Shown piece by piece: positions 55,171 to 64,000 of a stretch of DNA of 64,000 nt. Made by a program: the position numbers and the translations under genes. The notes beneath the pieces are model-generated. The model was not told where the DNA came from. It did not search any database and was given only the letters and a program-made list of their open reading frames with translations. Source of the stretch: an uncultured Candidatus Saccharibacteria bacterium (GTDB taxonomy: Bacteria; Patescibacteriota; CALEFQ01); contig OZ246404.1 in NCBI GenBank assembly GCA_965230955.1, forward strand, positions 582,410 to 646,409, given 5' to 3'. Position 1 is the first letter of the stretch; each line of letters opens with the position of its first letter.

Positions 55171-56278
55171 TTAGGCATTTTTACGGCCAACTTGCCATTT
55201 CAAGAAGCTTTCCACAAAACCTGTCAATTCTCCGCCCAAAACACGATCAGGCGCCTTTTCCTCATATTCAGTCCGGTGATCTTTTACCATTTTATACGGG
55301 TGAAGGACGTACGAGCGAATCTGGTTTCCCCAACCCGCTGAAACATGCTGTCCGCGCGCTTTCAAGCGTTCCTCTTCCGCCTGGCGCTGTTGCAAGGCCA
55401 GTATCTTGGCTTGCAAAATTTTCAGCGCGGTCTCTTTGTTTTGATACTGAGAACGTTCGGTCTGACACTCCACCACCAATTTAGACGGAATATGGGTCAG
55501 ACGCACTGCGGAACTTGTTTTGTTTACTTTTTGACCACCGGCACCGGAAGAACGAAAGGTATCCACGCGCAAATCCTCGGGATCAACGGCAATTTCTTTG
55601 GGATCCTCGATTTCCGGAATAACTTCCACCAGGGCAAATGAAGTTTGGCGCAGAGCATCGGAATTGAACGGCGATTGTCGTACCAGCCGGTGGACGCCGC
55701 CCTCCGACTGTAACATCCCGTAAGCGTAGCGTCCGATCACTCGAAAGGTCGAGCTCTTGATCCCGGCTTCTTCACCTCGGCTTTCGGCAACCATTTCAAC
55801 ATTGAATTCTTTTTTTTCGCAGTAGCGTAAAATCATTCGGCGCAACATCTCGGCCCAATCCTGGGCGTCAACTCCGCCCGCTCCGGCATGAATAGAAACG
55901 ATCGCATTACGTTCGTCGTATTGACCGCTCAGCAGAACTTGGAATTCATGTTTTTCAAAAAGAGTCGCCAGGTCTTTGGCTTTCTGGCGTAATTCCGGAT
56001 AAATCGCTTCCGCTCGTTCCTTTTCCGCCTCACGCGACATCTCCAGCGCTTCCCGCGTCTCGCGCTCCAGGCCTTCCCATAATTCCACTTGCTGTTTGAG
56101 CGATCCCAGCCGCTGCATTATTTCTCTGGCGCGCTGATTATTTTTCCAAAACTCCGGCTCTTCACTCAGAGCCGTCAGTTGGATTATTTTTTGTTTTTTA
56201 CCCGAGATGTCAAAGAGAGTCCAATGTCTTTTGGATTCGCTGAATCAAATCTTCGAGACGGGTAATGGTTTCTTTCAT
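55171..56278 (-). CDS. prfB: Peptide chain release factor 2 with programmed +1 frameshift (frame 0 MKETITRLEDLIQRIQKTLDSL-UGA, then +1 from L-D-I-S-G-K...)
   Basis: GGQ motif (SSGAGGQKVNKTSSAVRLTHIP) in the long ORF. Upstream short ORF ends at the canonical CUU UGA C shift site (plus-strand gtcaaag at 56209..56215). Confidence 0.85.
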
Positions 56279-56291
56279 ATAAAAATTATAA

Positions 56292-58040
56292 TTACTTCCA
56301 GGTGAATGATCCGGCCGCCAGTTTGATGCCCCCATTCAAGTTCACAGCGATATCAAGATCGCCCAATTCCGCGGTGGTATACATCCTAACCTGGCGATCA
56401 TCTAAAAATTTACGCAATTCCGGCGATGCCTGCTCCTGAAATTCCGACCAACTGGCGGATTTTATAACCAGACGCGGATTAACAGCCTCGATGAAAGACT
56501 GCTCGTTCGCGTCGAAACCGTCATTACCGTGATGAGGCAAAATCATAACCGCAGAAGATAAATCCGCCTCAGCCGCCAGCAATTCCTCCATACTGGATCC
56601 ATAGATATCGCCCGGCATGAGAATCGCCGTCTCGCCAAAAATCAGCCGCGCCACCAGGGAATTATTATTTACCGCCTCGTCGTTTTCACTGATCCCCGAT
56701 AAAGTTTTTTCCGGATGCAAAATTTCCAGCCGTACATTGTCTTCCAATTCCACAACCTCGCCGCGCGCCACCAGCTTGACCCGGTCGGTCACCTGCCCCA
56801 AGGACTTGGCCAGTTCCGCGTAAGTATCAAAAGGATAGCCTTCACCGTTGATGTAAATCCGGCCGACATCAAAATTGTTCAAAATTTCCGACGCCCCGCC
56901 AATATGATCCCAATGCGGGTGACTTAAAAACAGGTAATCAATTTGGCTTATTCCGCGCCGGCGCAGAGCCTCAATTACCACATTGGCGCGACTCGGGTGA
57001 GCCGTATCAAAAACCAAAACTTTTCCGGATGGCGTTCGCGCGATGTAACAATCGCCGTGCTCGGTCGCCACCGCCGTAAAATTTAAATCATCCGCCGAAG
57101 CAAAATCCGGCCCCGCCGCCACTCGCGGAGCAGCGGACTTAACACCGACATCTTTGCCGGCGGACAGATCCATCGCCAGCGCCGGGATACCGGATGTATC
57201 GAGATTTTCGAATTCCGGTTTCAGCTCTATCGTTTGCTGTTTAAAATCATTGGGGATTTGGAGCGCAAAAGTAAAAGTTCCTTCTTGACCCGGCCCAACT
57301 TCCGACTGGTCCAGCCAAGCAACCCGCCGATCATCAACCCACCGGTTAGCCGCCTTGAAATGATTAGCCGCTTCAGCATCGGTCAACGACAAAGCCAGAG
57401 GATTGGCACCAAAGTTTTTCCAAACGGTGTTGCCGGTATTTTTATAGCGCGCCCAAGCGGTCACGGTACTTCCCGGCTTGACGGCCGGCGGCAACGAATG
57501 ATCAATCAATTCCAGGCCGTATTTCGGATCCTCCACGGTCAGCCGCCACTCGATCGGTTCCAGACCCTTAAGCGGTTTTAAATTCGTATCAACCACATTG
57601 AATCTGGCCGTGTATTTGCCCGGATCTTGATCAGTATCAATAGTAAAGAAAAAATGACCTCTCTGTCCGACCGCGACCTCATCCTCCCAAAGTTCAACTT
57701 TATTTTGAGACATCCAAGTAGAGTGATCCGTATACCACGGATCACTGATTAGCTTGGCCGACTCCAATAAAACCGAGTCCGGTCCATCGTGCGTCCAGCG
57801 ATCCGGACCGGTATTTTCGATCTCCAGCCAGAGATTACTCTTTTGGCCGGGAATCAACTTGGGATTTTCCGACTGGGCAATAAAAGTTGCCGATTGCGTC
57901 GACTTGCCGGCAAATATCTCCGACAAACTAAAAGTCCCCGTGGCCAAGCGCGCCAGAAGCGCGATGACAATAACCGGGATAACGCAGATGGCTATTTCTT
58001 TATAGGCGGTACGGAGAAGAGGCATACGACAATTATACAA
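56292..58040 (-). CDS. Membrane-anchored metallo-beta-lactamase-fold hydrolase (ComEC/Rec2-related MBL domain) with N-terminal Ig/CARDB-like repeats
   Basis: LSHPHWDHIGG metal-binding motif in the C-terminal half; N-terminal TM segment and three similar beta-rich modules. Confidence 0.55.
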   Translation of the reverse strand: MYNCRMPLLRTAYKEIAICVIPVIVIALLARLATGTFSLSEIFAGKSTQSATFIAQSENPKLIPGQKSNLWLEIENTGPDRWTHDGPDSVLLESAKLISDPWYTDHSTWMSQNKVELWEDEVAVGQRGHFFFTIDTDQDPGKYTARFNVVDTNLKPLKGLEPIEWRLTVEDPKYGLELIDHSLPPAVKPGSTVTAWARYKNTGNTVWKNFGANPLALSLTDAEAANHFKAANRWVDDRRVAWLDQSEVGPGQEGTFTFALQIPNDFKQQTIELKPEFENLDTSGIPALAMDLSAGKDVGVKSAAPRVAAGPDFASADDLNFTAVATEHGDCYIARTPSGKVLVFDTAHPSRANVVIEALRRRGISQIDYLFLSHPHWDHIGGASEILNNFDVGRIYINGEGYPFDTYAELAKSLGQVTDRVKLVARGEVVELEDNVRLEILHPEKTLSGISENDEAVNNNSLVARLIFGETAILMPGDIYGSSMEELLAAEADLSSAVMILPHHGNDGFDANEQSFIEAVNPRLVIKSASWSEFQEQASPELRKFLDDRQVRMYTTAELGDLDIAVNLNGGIKLAAGSFTWK

Positions 58041-58064
58041 GATTGGTCCCAGACTTCAACCCAA

Positions 58065-58180
58065 GTAATATCAAATCACAAATAACCAATATCAAATAAA
58101 TGATCAAGTCTCAATTACAAATGTTTATAATTGGAGCTTGAATTTTATTGGATATTGGTTATTTGTTATTGGATATTACT
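58065..58180. repeat. Palindromic tandem-repeat element, ATATCAAAT/CACAAAT variant
   Basis: agtaatatcaaatcacaaataaccaatatcaaataa ... ttattggatattggttatttgttattggatattact; arms are near-perfect reverse complements. Confidence 0.65.
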
Positions 58181-59057
58181 TCAGCAGTTTTACAATCTCA
58201 CTCGGCAACTCCGCCACTTTTACTCCCGCCGCCTCGAGCGCCTCTTGCTTGGATTGCGCCGTGCCCGCTTTGCCGGAAACGATCGCGCCGGCGTGCCCCA
58301 TGGTCTTGCCCGGCGGCGCCGTCCGTCCGGCAATATAGGCCACCACCGGTTTGGTCACGTGATCTTTGATATATTCGGCCGCGGCTTCTTCCAAATTGCC
58401 GCCGATCTCGCCGATCAAAACAATCTTATCCGTCTCCGGATCTTTTTCAAACAATTCCAAAACATCGATATAATTACTGCCAACAATCGGATCGCCGCCG
58501 ATCCCGACACAAGTACTTTGACCAATCTTGTTTTTCGACAAATGATTAACGATTTCGTAAGTCAGCGTCCCGGATTTGGAAACAACACCGACCCGCCCGT
58601 GCTGAAAAATCTTGGCCGGCATAATTCCAGCCTTGGCTTCGCCCGGCGTGATCACTCCCGGACAATTCGGCCCGATAACGTGCAAGCCTTTTTCGCGCGC
58701 GAAATTCACAATCGCCAGTGCGTCATGGACCGGCACATGCTCGGTAATGATTATCAGATTCAAACCCGCCGCCAGATCTTCTAAGGCCGATTTCTTCACA
58801 AACGGCGCCGGGACAAAATGTATCGCCCAATTTTTATCGGTTGTGCGGGCGGCCGGCTGGCCGCCCCTACCGGACAACGCTTCGGAGATCGTGTTAAATA
58901 CCGGCACCCCTTCGATTGTCTGTCCCCCTTTCTTCGGAGTGACCCCGGCCACGATATTCGTCCCGTATTCCAGCATCATTTTGGTATGAAAAGAACCTTG
59001 ACCGCCGGTAATCCCACGAACGATGAAACGAGAGTTTTTGTTGATTAGGATTGACAT
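58176..59057 (-). CDS. sucD: Succinate--CoA ligase subunit alpha
   Basis: CoA-binding Rossmann N-terminus, phosphohistidine loop MGHAGAI; 293 aa. Confidence 0.9.
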   Translation of the reverse strand: MSILINKNSRFIVRGITGGQGSFHTKMMLEYGTNIVAGVTPKKGGQTIEGVPVFNTISEALSGRGGQPAARTTDKNWAIHFVPAPFVKKSALEDLAAGLNLIIITEHVPVHDALAIVNFAREKGLHVIGPNCPGVITPGEAKAGIMPAKIFQHGRVGVVSKSGTLTYEIVNHLSKNKIGQSTCVGIGGDPIVGSNYIDVLELFEKDPETDKIVLIGEIGGNLEEAAAEYIKDHVTKPVVAYIAGRTAPPGKTMGHAGAIVSGKAGTAQSKQEALEAAGVKVAELPSEIVKLLK

Positions 59058-59173
59058 GGAATAATTCAGAATTCAAAATGAAAAAGGCAAAATCATTGTA
59101 ATTATACTTATTCCTGCTATTATGTACAGACGCTTTGGAGGCATAATCATATTCACGAAAGGAGGATAAAATC

Positions 59174-59617
59174 GTGAACGCAAAGCATTGGGGATTCTAT
59201 TTGACATTCAAAATTTTGGCATTGGCTTTAGCCGCGGTTTTTGTGACCGGATGGATCGGCAACGCGACGCCCCAAACAATCATATCACATGGGGTTATCG
59301 CTGTATCCCTGAACACTATCGGTGCAGTTTTTGTCGTCGCCCTCACTATATTTGCCGCGTTGTTGGACTATTATTGCACTTGGCTACTATTGGATTGGCA
59401 TCGGCCAAAAGAATGGTACGGCGGGAGTAACTTTTTCTTGCCTCTTTGTGCTATTGGCCCGCTCCTCGGATTACTGGTTACTGTCATCATGGGTCGAATC
59501 CAAACATACGAACATTTATGGCTCTACCTGATCATCGTCAGTTGTTCTCTACCCACCATGATCATCCCAACAATTATCCTGCTTCGTTCACCCGAACCAC
59601 CGAAGTTTCCGAGTTAA
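59174..59617 (+). CDS. Hypothetical membrane protein
   Basis: Four TM segments. Confidence 0.3.
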   Translation: MNAKHWGFYLTFKILALALAAVFVTGWIGNATPQTIISHGVIAVSLNTIGAVFVVALTIFAALLDYYCTWLLLDWHRPKEWYGGSNFFLPLCAIGPLLGLLVTVIMGRIQTYEHLWLYLIIVSCSLPTMIIPTIILLRSPEPPKFPS

Positions 59618-59795
59618 GCCCCTACCACTATTCCCCGACCTGCTGCCGACAGCAGGTTTTTTCTTTATCCGCGCAGGCGCCATCTATCACTCAGGACATA
59701 ATACCTTAATTTCTATTGACGAAGCTAGACTGGATAGTTAGAATGCAACGATAGTCACAAATCATTCAACTGTTTTCATGAAAAGGAGGATGATC

Positions 59796-60392
59796 ATGAC
59801 AACAATTGCAAGAAGAGCTCTATTAAGCGTGTGGGACAAGACAGATATCGTGATGTTCGCACAAGGATTAAACCAACGCGGGTTCGAAATCATCTCGACT
59901 GGTGGCACAGCGAAGGTGTTAACCGATGCCGGAATTTCTGTCACCACTGTCGAACAAGTAACCAGTTTCCCGGAATGCTTCGGCGGAAGATTAAAGACTC
60001 TTCATCCCAGAATAATGGGCGGCATACTGCGACGACGCGACAACATCACAGACAATGAATCAGCTATTTTGCTGGGCATTGCCGATATCGACCTGGTGGT
60101 TGTCAACTTATACCCCTTCCAAACGGTCACGAGCCAGCCAGACTGCACATTCGAGGAAGCGATTGAAAATATCGACATCGGCGGTCCAAGTATGATCCGA
60201 GCAGCCGCCAAGAATCATGAGTCCGTGGTAGTTGTGGTTGATCCGCGCGATTATCGCAAAATTTTGCGGGAACTTGCGCCAGGTTATACCTGGATCAGTC
60301 CGCAACTGAAATTCCAGTTGGCAGTAAAAGTTTTTAAACTTACTGCTAAATACGACCGGGCAATCTATAATTACTTAAAAAACAGATATTAG
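59796..60392 (+). CDS. IMP cyclohydrolase domain protein (PurH N-terminal MGS-like domain only)
   Basis: Near-collinear match to PurH residues 1-200 (SVSDKTG..., LSTGGTA, KTLHP, GGIL, NLYPF, DIGGPSMIRAAAKNH). ORF stops where the AICAR transformylase domain would begin; AGGAGG Shine-Dalgarno sequence 6 nt upstream. Confidence 0.7.
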   Translation: MTTIARRALLSVWDKTDIVMFAQGLNQRGFEIISTGGTAKVLTDAGISVTTVEQVTSFPECFGGRLKTLHPRIMGGILRRRDNITDNESAILLGIADIDLVVVNLYPFQTVTSQPDCTFEEAIENIDIGGPSMIRAAAKNHESVVVVVDPRDYRKILRELAPGYTWISPQLKFQLAVKVFKLTAKYDRAIYNYLKNRY

Positions 60393-60424
60393 ACAAAATC
60401 GTCAACGTGACTATCATATCGATC

Positions 60425-60459
60425 CAGCCTATCCATTAGAGATAGGCTGTTTCTTTTTT
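60425..60459. terminator. Rho-independent terminator
   Basis: cagcctatc cattaga gataggctg then tttctttttt. Confidence 0.5.
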
Positions 60460-60647
60460 CGGCAACAGAGCAAATAGATAATGGGCAAAATGCCGGCCGT
60501 ATTCAGAATCAAAATCAGGACAAACCAGACCGGCTGATTGTTTCGTCCGGCGCGCCAGAGGCCAAAGCCCTTCCAGACCATTTCCCAGATCATTAAGGGA
60601 ATTAGCCAGATTAGCCATGGGCTTAAATCGATGGTTTCGAGAATCAT
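60429..60647 (-). CDS. Small membrane protein
   Basis: 72 aa, two TM segments. Confidence 0.25.
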   Translation of the reverse strand: MILETIDLSPWLIWLIPLMIWEMVWKGFGLWRAGRNNQPVWFVLILILNTAGILPIIYLLCCRKKKQPISNG

Positions 60648-60760
60648 AAAGTTTCACTAATTAATCTCATTGTAATCATTCTTATTGACAGTTGTTTTTT
60701 TTCGTGAAAGAATGGCAACAGAGAAACAAATCAATGTCATTTCCAGATAGGAGGGACGAT

Positions 60761-61147
60761 ATGAATGACATAACAAAGTTATGGATTAGAATTGGCAGTA
60801 GCGATCTTGCCGCCGCGATCTGTGTGTTAATAATCCTGGGGACATTCGATGCCAAGTCGACAGAGGTAATCAAGACTTTTATAGCTATCCTGGCTTTAGT
60901 CGGCTGGTTTTTTACCACCATGATTCACTCCTGTTGTATCGCGAATCTCGTTTATCCAGGCAAGACTGGAGATAAAAAGTTTTTCTTAGGGGCCCCTGTA
61001 ATTTTGATTGGGACGTTGATAATAACAGTATCCGGATCTCTTCAGTACAATTGCGCCGCTTCCTTTCCCTATCTATTTTCCCTAGGCATAGCCGCCAAAA
61101 TCATGTGGTATCACTGGCTAACTTTCTATCCAAAACCACAAGAATGA
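60761..61147 (+). CDS. Hypothetical membrane protein
   Basis: Four TM segments; AGGAGGGA Shine-Dalgarno sequence upstream of MNDITK. Confidence 0.3.
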   Translation: MNDITKLWIRIGSSDLAAAICVLIILGTFDAKSTEVIKTFIAILALVGWFFTTMIHSCCIANLVYPGKTGDKKFFLGAPVILIGTLIITVSGSLQYNCAASFPYLFSLGIAAKIMWYHWLTFYPKPQE

Positions 61148-61167
61148 ATGGTTATGATTCGACTCTC

Positions 61168-61199
61168 AAACCTGTTGGCACGACGCTAACAGGTTTTTT
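61168..61199. terminator. Bidirectional terminator between convergent genes
   Basis: aaacctgtt ggcacgacgcta aacaggtttttt. Confidence 0.45.
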
Positions 61200-61232
61200 A
61201 TTTGGAAAACACTTACCTGCACCAATAAATTA

Positions 61233-62336
61233 TTAATTCCGGATTGCCACAATCTCCCGCGCCGCTTTTTCCATTTCGTCTTCAAACTTTATTCCCGCCT
61301 TCAGCAAAATCGCCTTCGCTTCTTTTTCTCTAGTGCCGACCACGCGCAAGACAACGGGAATACTTAAACCTTTTTCTTTCACGAAATCAACCAGCCCCTG
61401 CGCGATCTCGTCCGCCCGTGTGATTCCGCCGAATATATTGATAAAAATCTTTTTCACCCCCGGCTTTTTGAGCGCGATCGTCAGCGCTTTTTTCATTTGC
61501 TCGGACGTCGCTCCGCCGCCGACATCAAGAAAATTCGCCACTCGGCCGCCGAAGTGCGCCAGCGTGTCCAGCGTCGCCATCACCAGCCCGGCGCCATTGC
61601 CAATCACCGCGATATCGCCGTCAAGCTCGACATAAGACATACTTTCCACGTTCGCCTCTTTTTCCAACGCGGTATAATCGTCCGTTTTATACTTCGCCAG
61701 TTCGGGATGACGAAAAAGCGCGTTGTCATCGATAACCACTTTCGCATCCAGCGCCATCAATTCGCCTGATTTTAACCGTACCAGTGGATTGATCTCAACC
61801 AAGGTCCCATCTTTTTCCACAAACAAGCGATACAGTTTTTGGATGATATCAATCACTTCGGCGGAAATACCGACTTGAGATTTTATATTTTGAATTTCCT
61901 TTGAATTTTGGATTTTAAATTTTTTGATTTTATCGGGGTTCTCCGCCGCAATCGTTTCCACATCAACACTTCCCTCTTCACAAAAAACGACCATCGGACA
62001 TTTGGCTACTCGATCAATCGTGATAGACAAATACATCTCAGCGCTCACGTCGAGAAAGCCGTAAATCAGGATTTCCTCGACCTTGAGCCCGCTAATCGTC
62101 ATATCAAAAATGCGTGCCACTTCACGCTCCACAATCTCTGGTTTGTTATCGACAAAAACTATACCGCCAGCCTTCTTGCGCTTGCCTTTAGCCACCTGCG
62201 CCTTGATCGAAACTTTGGGCCCCATTTTGTATACTTCCGCCGGTACAGCTTCGCCTTTTCTAATTAAAACGCCGCCGGGAGTACGGATCCCGTATTGCTC
62301 GAAAATTTCTTTGCCTTGGTATTCTTTTAAATTCAT
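61233..62336 (-). CDS. sucC: Succinate--CoA ligase (ADP-forming) subunit beta
   Basis: ATP-grasp N-terminus MNLKEYQGKEIF..., CoA-ligase C-terminal domain; 367 aa. Confidence 0.9.
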   Translation of the reverse strand: MNLKEYQGKEIFEQYGIRTPGGVLIRKGEAVPAEVYKMGPKVSIKAQVAKGKRKKAGGIVFVDNKPEIVEREVARIFDMTISGLKVEEILIYGFLDVSAEMYLSITIDRVAKCPMVVFCEEGSVDVETIAAENPDKIKKFKIQNSKEIQNIKSQVGISAEVIDIIQKLYRLFVEKDGTLVEINPLVRLKSGELMALDAKVVIDDNALFRHPELAKYKTDDYTALEKEANVESMSYVELDGDIAVIGNGAGLVMATLDTLAHFGGRVANFLDVGGGATSEQMKKALTIALKKPGVKKIFINIFGGITRADEIAQGLVDFVKEKGLSIPVVLRVVGTREKEAKAILLKAGIKFEDEMEKAAREIVAIRN

Positions 62337-62344
62337 AAATTAAG

Positions 62345-62426
62345 TATCAGGTAACAATTAACAAGTAACAAATAAGAAAATTCCCTTCCAATTTGTCACT
62401 TGTTACCTGTTACTTGATACCTGATA
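62345..62426. repeat. Palindromic tandem-heptamer element, GTAACAA variant; overlaps the last codons of the 62403..62966 gene
   Basis: tatcaggtaacaattaacaagtaacaa ... ttgtcacttgttacctgttacttgatacctgata. Confidence 0.65.
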
Positions 62427-62966
62427 TCCCGTTTCCACCGCCTTTACATTATCATCCGGTAATTTTTTCGGAATCGCCCGGCGCAAATTTACTTTCGATA
62501 AATCAATCTCCAGGTAAGCCAAGAGAGAACCCAGCGCGATTGTGCTGCCATAAATCGGCTTGCCGAATTTTTCTCGCCCCAGGCCAAAAAAATCATGAAC
62601 ATCGCCGTCGGTCCGCACTCCTTTTTGGGCAATGATATTGCGCCCGGTGAATTTCTTGCCGGTCACCCCAAGTTCGAGCAGAAAATCAGCTTGATCGACG
62701 ACTGGATTTACCACCTTTTTTTTATCAAACGCGATATAAGCCACACTGGCTCCGCCGCGCGAGGCCGCGTCGTAATCATTAAGGACGGTAACGTCAACAT
62801 CGAGCTGCATTAAAATCTCGCCCAAAATCGCCGCCAGCATTTTGACGCCTTGTCCGCCCGTCCCGGCCACAATAATTTTCGCGTGGTTTAACATATCCTT
62901 AATTTCCGGGCGAGCGCCCTCCTTCGCTAAAGCTACGGAGGATGAACCGCTCGCCCCTACTAACAT
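62403..62966 (-). CDS. 2-oxoacid:ferredoxin oxidoreductase gamma subunit
   Basis: IIVAGTGGQGV nucleotide-binding-like motif and size (187 aa) typical of PorG/KorC. Confidence 0.75.
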   Translation of the reverse strand: MLVGASGSSSVALAKEGARPEIKDMLNHAKIIVAGTGGQGVKMLAAILGEILMQLDVDVTVLNDYDAASRGGASVAYIAFDKKKVVNPVVDQADFLLELGVTGKKFTGRNIIAQKGVRTDGDVHDFFGLGREKFGKPIYGSTIALGSLLAYLEIDLSKVNLRRAIPKKLPDDNVKAVETGYQVSSNR

Positions 62967-62995
62967 CTCTTAATATCTTAATATTCTTAATATCT
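62967..62995. repeat. One-armed tandem heptamer run (TCTTAAT x4) directly upstream of the 62403..62966 start codon
   Basis: ctcttaatatcttaatattcttaatatct; no inverted partner nearby. Confidence 0.5.
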
Positions 62996-62999
62996 TTTT

Positions 63000-63740
63000 T
63001 TAATCTTTTTTCACAATCCCAATCTCGCCATCCGCTAACAAACCAACAGGTTTCGGATTTATTTTGAACTGCTCCTTGTACGCCAGAATCATCTCCGCCG
63101 GACTTTTTACTTTGTTCATCTTACCCCAGCGCTCGGGACAATCGGATTTGATATCAACCAGCGCGAAACCCGGCCAAGCCAGCGCTTCGGCCAAACATTT
63201 TTTCAGATGCGGCACATGAAAAACAGTCGAACGAGCGTAAAAATACCGGCGATTGGAAGTGATTATTCCCTGAATATTTATCGGATTGGCTTCCGATCCT
63301 TGAGGAGTGGTAAGAGTGACGCTCCCCGGCCGTGTCGTCGGCGCACTTTGTCCGCCGGTCATACCGTATATTTCATTATTAACCAGAACGACTGTAACAT
63401 TGGCATCGCGCCGGCTGGTGTGGAGCAAATGATTTCCGCCGATACTGGTCAAATCGCCGTCACCGGAAGCCACGACAACTTTTAAGTCCGGCCGATAGGC
63501 CGCGATTGCTTCCGCCACTGGCAGAGCCCGCCCGTGCGTGGTATGAAGAGAATCCATCTTGAAATATCCCGCCATCCGTCCGGTACAGCCGATCCCGGAA
63601 ACCACGGTGGCATTTTTGCTATTTAATCCCGCCGCCGCCATGACACCCGCCAGCTGGTGAAAAATAATACCAATGCCACAACCGGCACACCATAGTGTCG
63701 GCATTCGTTCTTGTTTAATTAAGTCTTTAGCTTCGGCCAT
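63000..63740 (-). CDS. 2-oxoacid (2-oxoglutarate/pyruvate-type):ferredoxin oxidoreductase beta subunit, TPP-binding
   Basis: WCAGCGIG Cys motif and GDGD TPP-binding motif. Confidence 0.85.
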   Translation of the reverse strand: MAEAKDLIKQERMPTLWCAGCGIGIIFHQLAGVMAAAGLNSKNATVVSGIGCTGRMAGYFKMDSLHTTHGRALPVAEAIAAYRPDLKVVVASGDGDLTSIGGNHLLHTSRRDANVTVVLVNNEIYGMTGGQSAPTTRPGSVTLTTPQGSEANPINIQGIITSNRRYFYARSTVFHVPHLKKCLAEALAWPGFALVDIKSDCPERWGKMNKVKSPAEMILAYKEQFKINPKPVGLLADGEIGIVKKD

Positions 63741-63755
63741 AAAATATTCTTATCC

Positions 63756-63824
63756 GTAAAATGAATATTTTTTCGCGCCTAGAGCCGCCTTCGGCTAAAC
63801 GGCGCTCAAAAACATTCATTTTAC
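63756..63824. ncRNA. Compound stem-loop element in the korA-korB intergenic region (function unknown)
   Basis: Outer 17-bp stem gtaaaatgaatattttt / aaaaacattcattttac enclosing a gcgcc...ggcgc stem and an agccg-cctt-cggct hairpin. Confidence 0.3.
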
Positions 63825-64000
63825 AGATATACTTTCTAATTGTTTTAATACCGGCGTCAATTTAATCTCGCCGCCGAGTAGCGCTATCCGCCTCACCTCG
63901 CGCTTTAACACGCGTTCGATCTCGCCGGCGTACTGGCCGTCATTGGCTTCAACTACCACGATTTTTTTATAATCTTTGGCCGCGTCCTTTAGTTCTTTCT
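63816..64000 (-). CDS. 2-oxoacid:ferredoxin oxidoreductase alpha subunit, C-terminal fragment; gene continues beyond the window
   Basis: Minus-strand translation ...KELKDAAKDYKKIVVVEANDGQYAGEIERVLKREVRRIALLGGEIKLTPVLKQLESISVK-stop resembles KorA/PorA C-termini; sits in alpha-beta-gamma operon order. Confidence 0.55.
   Translation of the reverse strand, partial: KELKDAAKDYKKIVVVEANDGQYAGEIERVLKREVRRIALLGGEIKLTPVLKQLESISVK

Noticed and set aside
55171-56278. Alternative genetic code with UGA read as an amino acid
   Set aside because: prfB keeps the UGA-dependent +1 frameshift site, and conserved genes here translate full length under the standard code.

Overview
This 64 kb window is a dense genomic segment with about 80 protein-coding genes, mostly on the minus strand, from what looks like an anaerobic, probably uncultivated bacterium. 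Small secreted hypothetical proteins, thiol-redox genes, hydrogenase accessory genes and reduced pathways fit that reading.

Recognisable content, in window order:
- atpB-atpE-atpF (F0 ATP synthase), with atpF running off the 5' edge.
- hypC, hypD and hypE with HydB/HydG-like (AsrA/AsrB-like) electron-transfer subunits, but no catalytic hydrogenase subunits.
- An extracytoplasmic thiol-redox cluster: rhodanese-CcdA fusion, Lgt, TlpA-like, DsbA, glutaredoxin, a DUF1858 redox protein and an Rrf2 regulator.
- Two ABC-2 exporters, a Zn/Mn-type metal ABC system and a P-type ATPase.
- An MtnA / class II aldolase / purine-nucleoside-phosphorylase-family salvage cluster, then rlmN and rluD.
- An RRM RNA-binding protein and a zeta/epsilon-type toxin-antitoxin pair.
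- argS, arginine deiminase, an M29 aminopeptidase, then a tandem array of five tRNA-Arg genes carrying all five Arg anticodons.
- An AT-rich three-gene block (SpeA-like arginine decarboxylase, alpha/beta hydrolase, unknown) bounded by that array and a tRNA-Gln.
- ftsE, ftsX, and prfB with its programmed +1 frameshift.
- sucD and sucC, a standalone IMP cyclohydrolase domain gene, and 2-oxoacid:ferredoxin oxidoreductase gamma, beta and (partial) alpha subunits.

The most unusual feature is a family of at least 15 palindromic elements built from tandem 7-8 bp units, e.g. GTCTTTG/GTCTTTA x3-4 followed by the inverted CTAAAGAC/CAAAGAC x3-4. Four further unit-sequence variants share the same architecture. 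They punctuate nearly every cistron junction, often abut start codons with no Shine-Dalgarno sequence, contribute an in-frame 11-codon segment to hypD, and in one case are split around an inserted four-helix-bundle protein gene.
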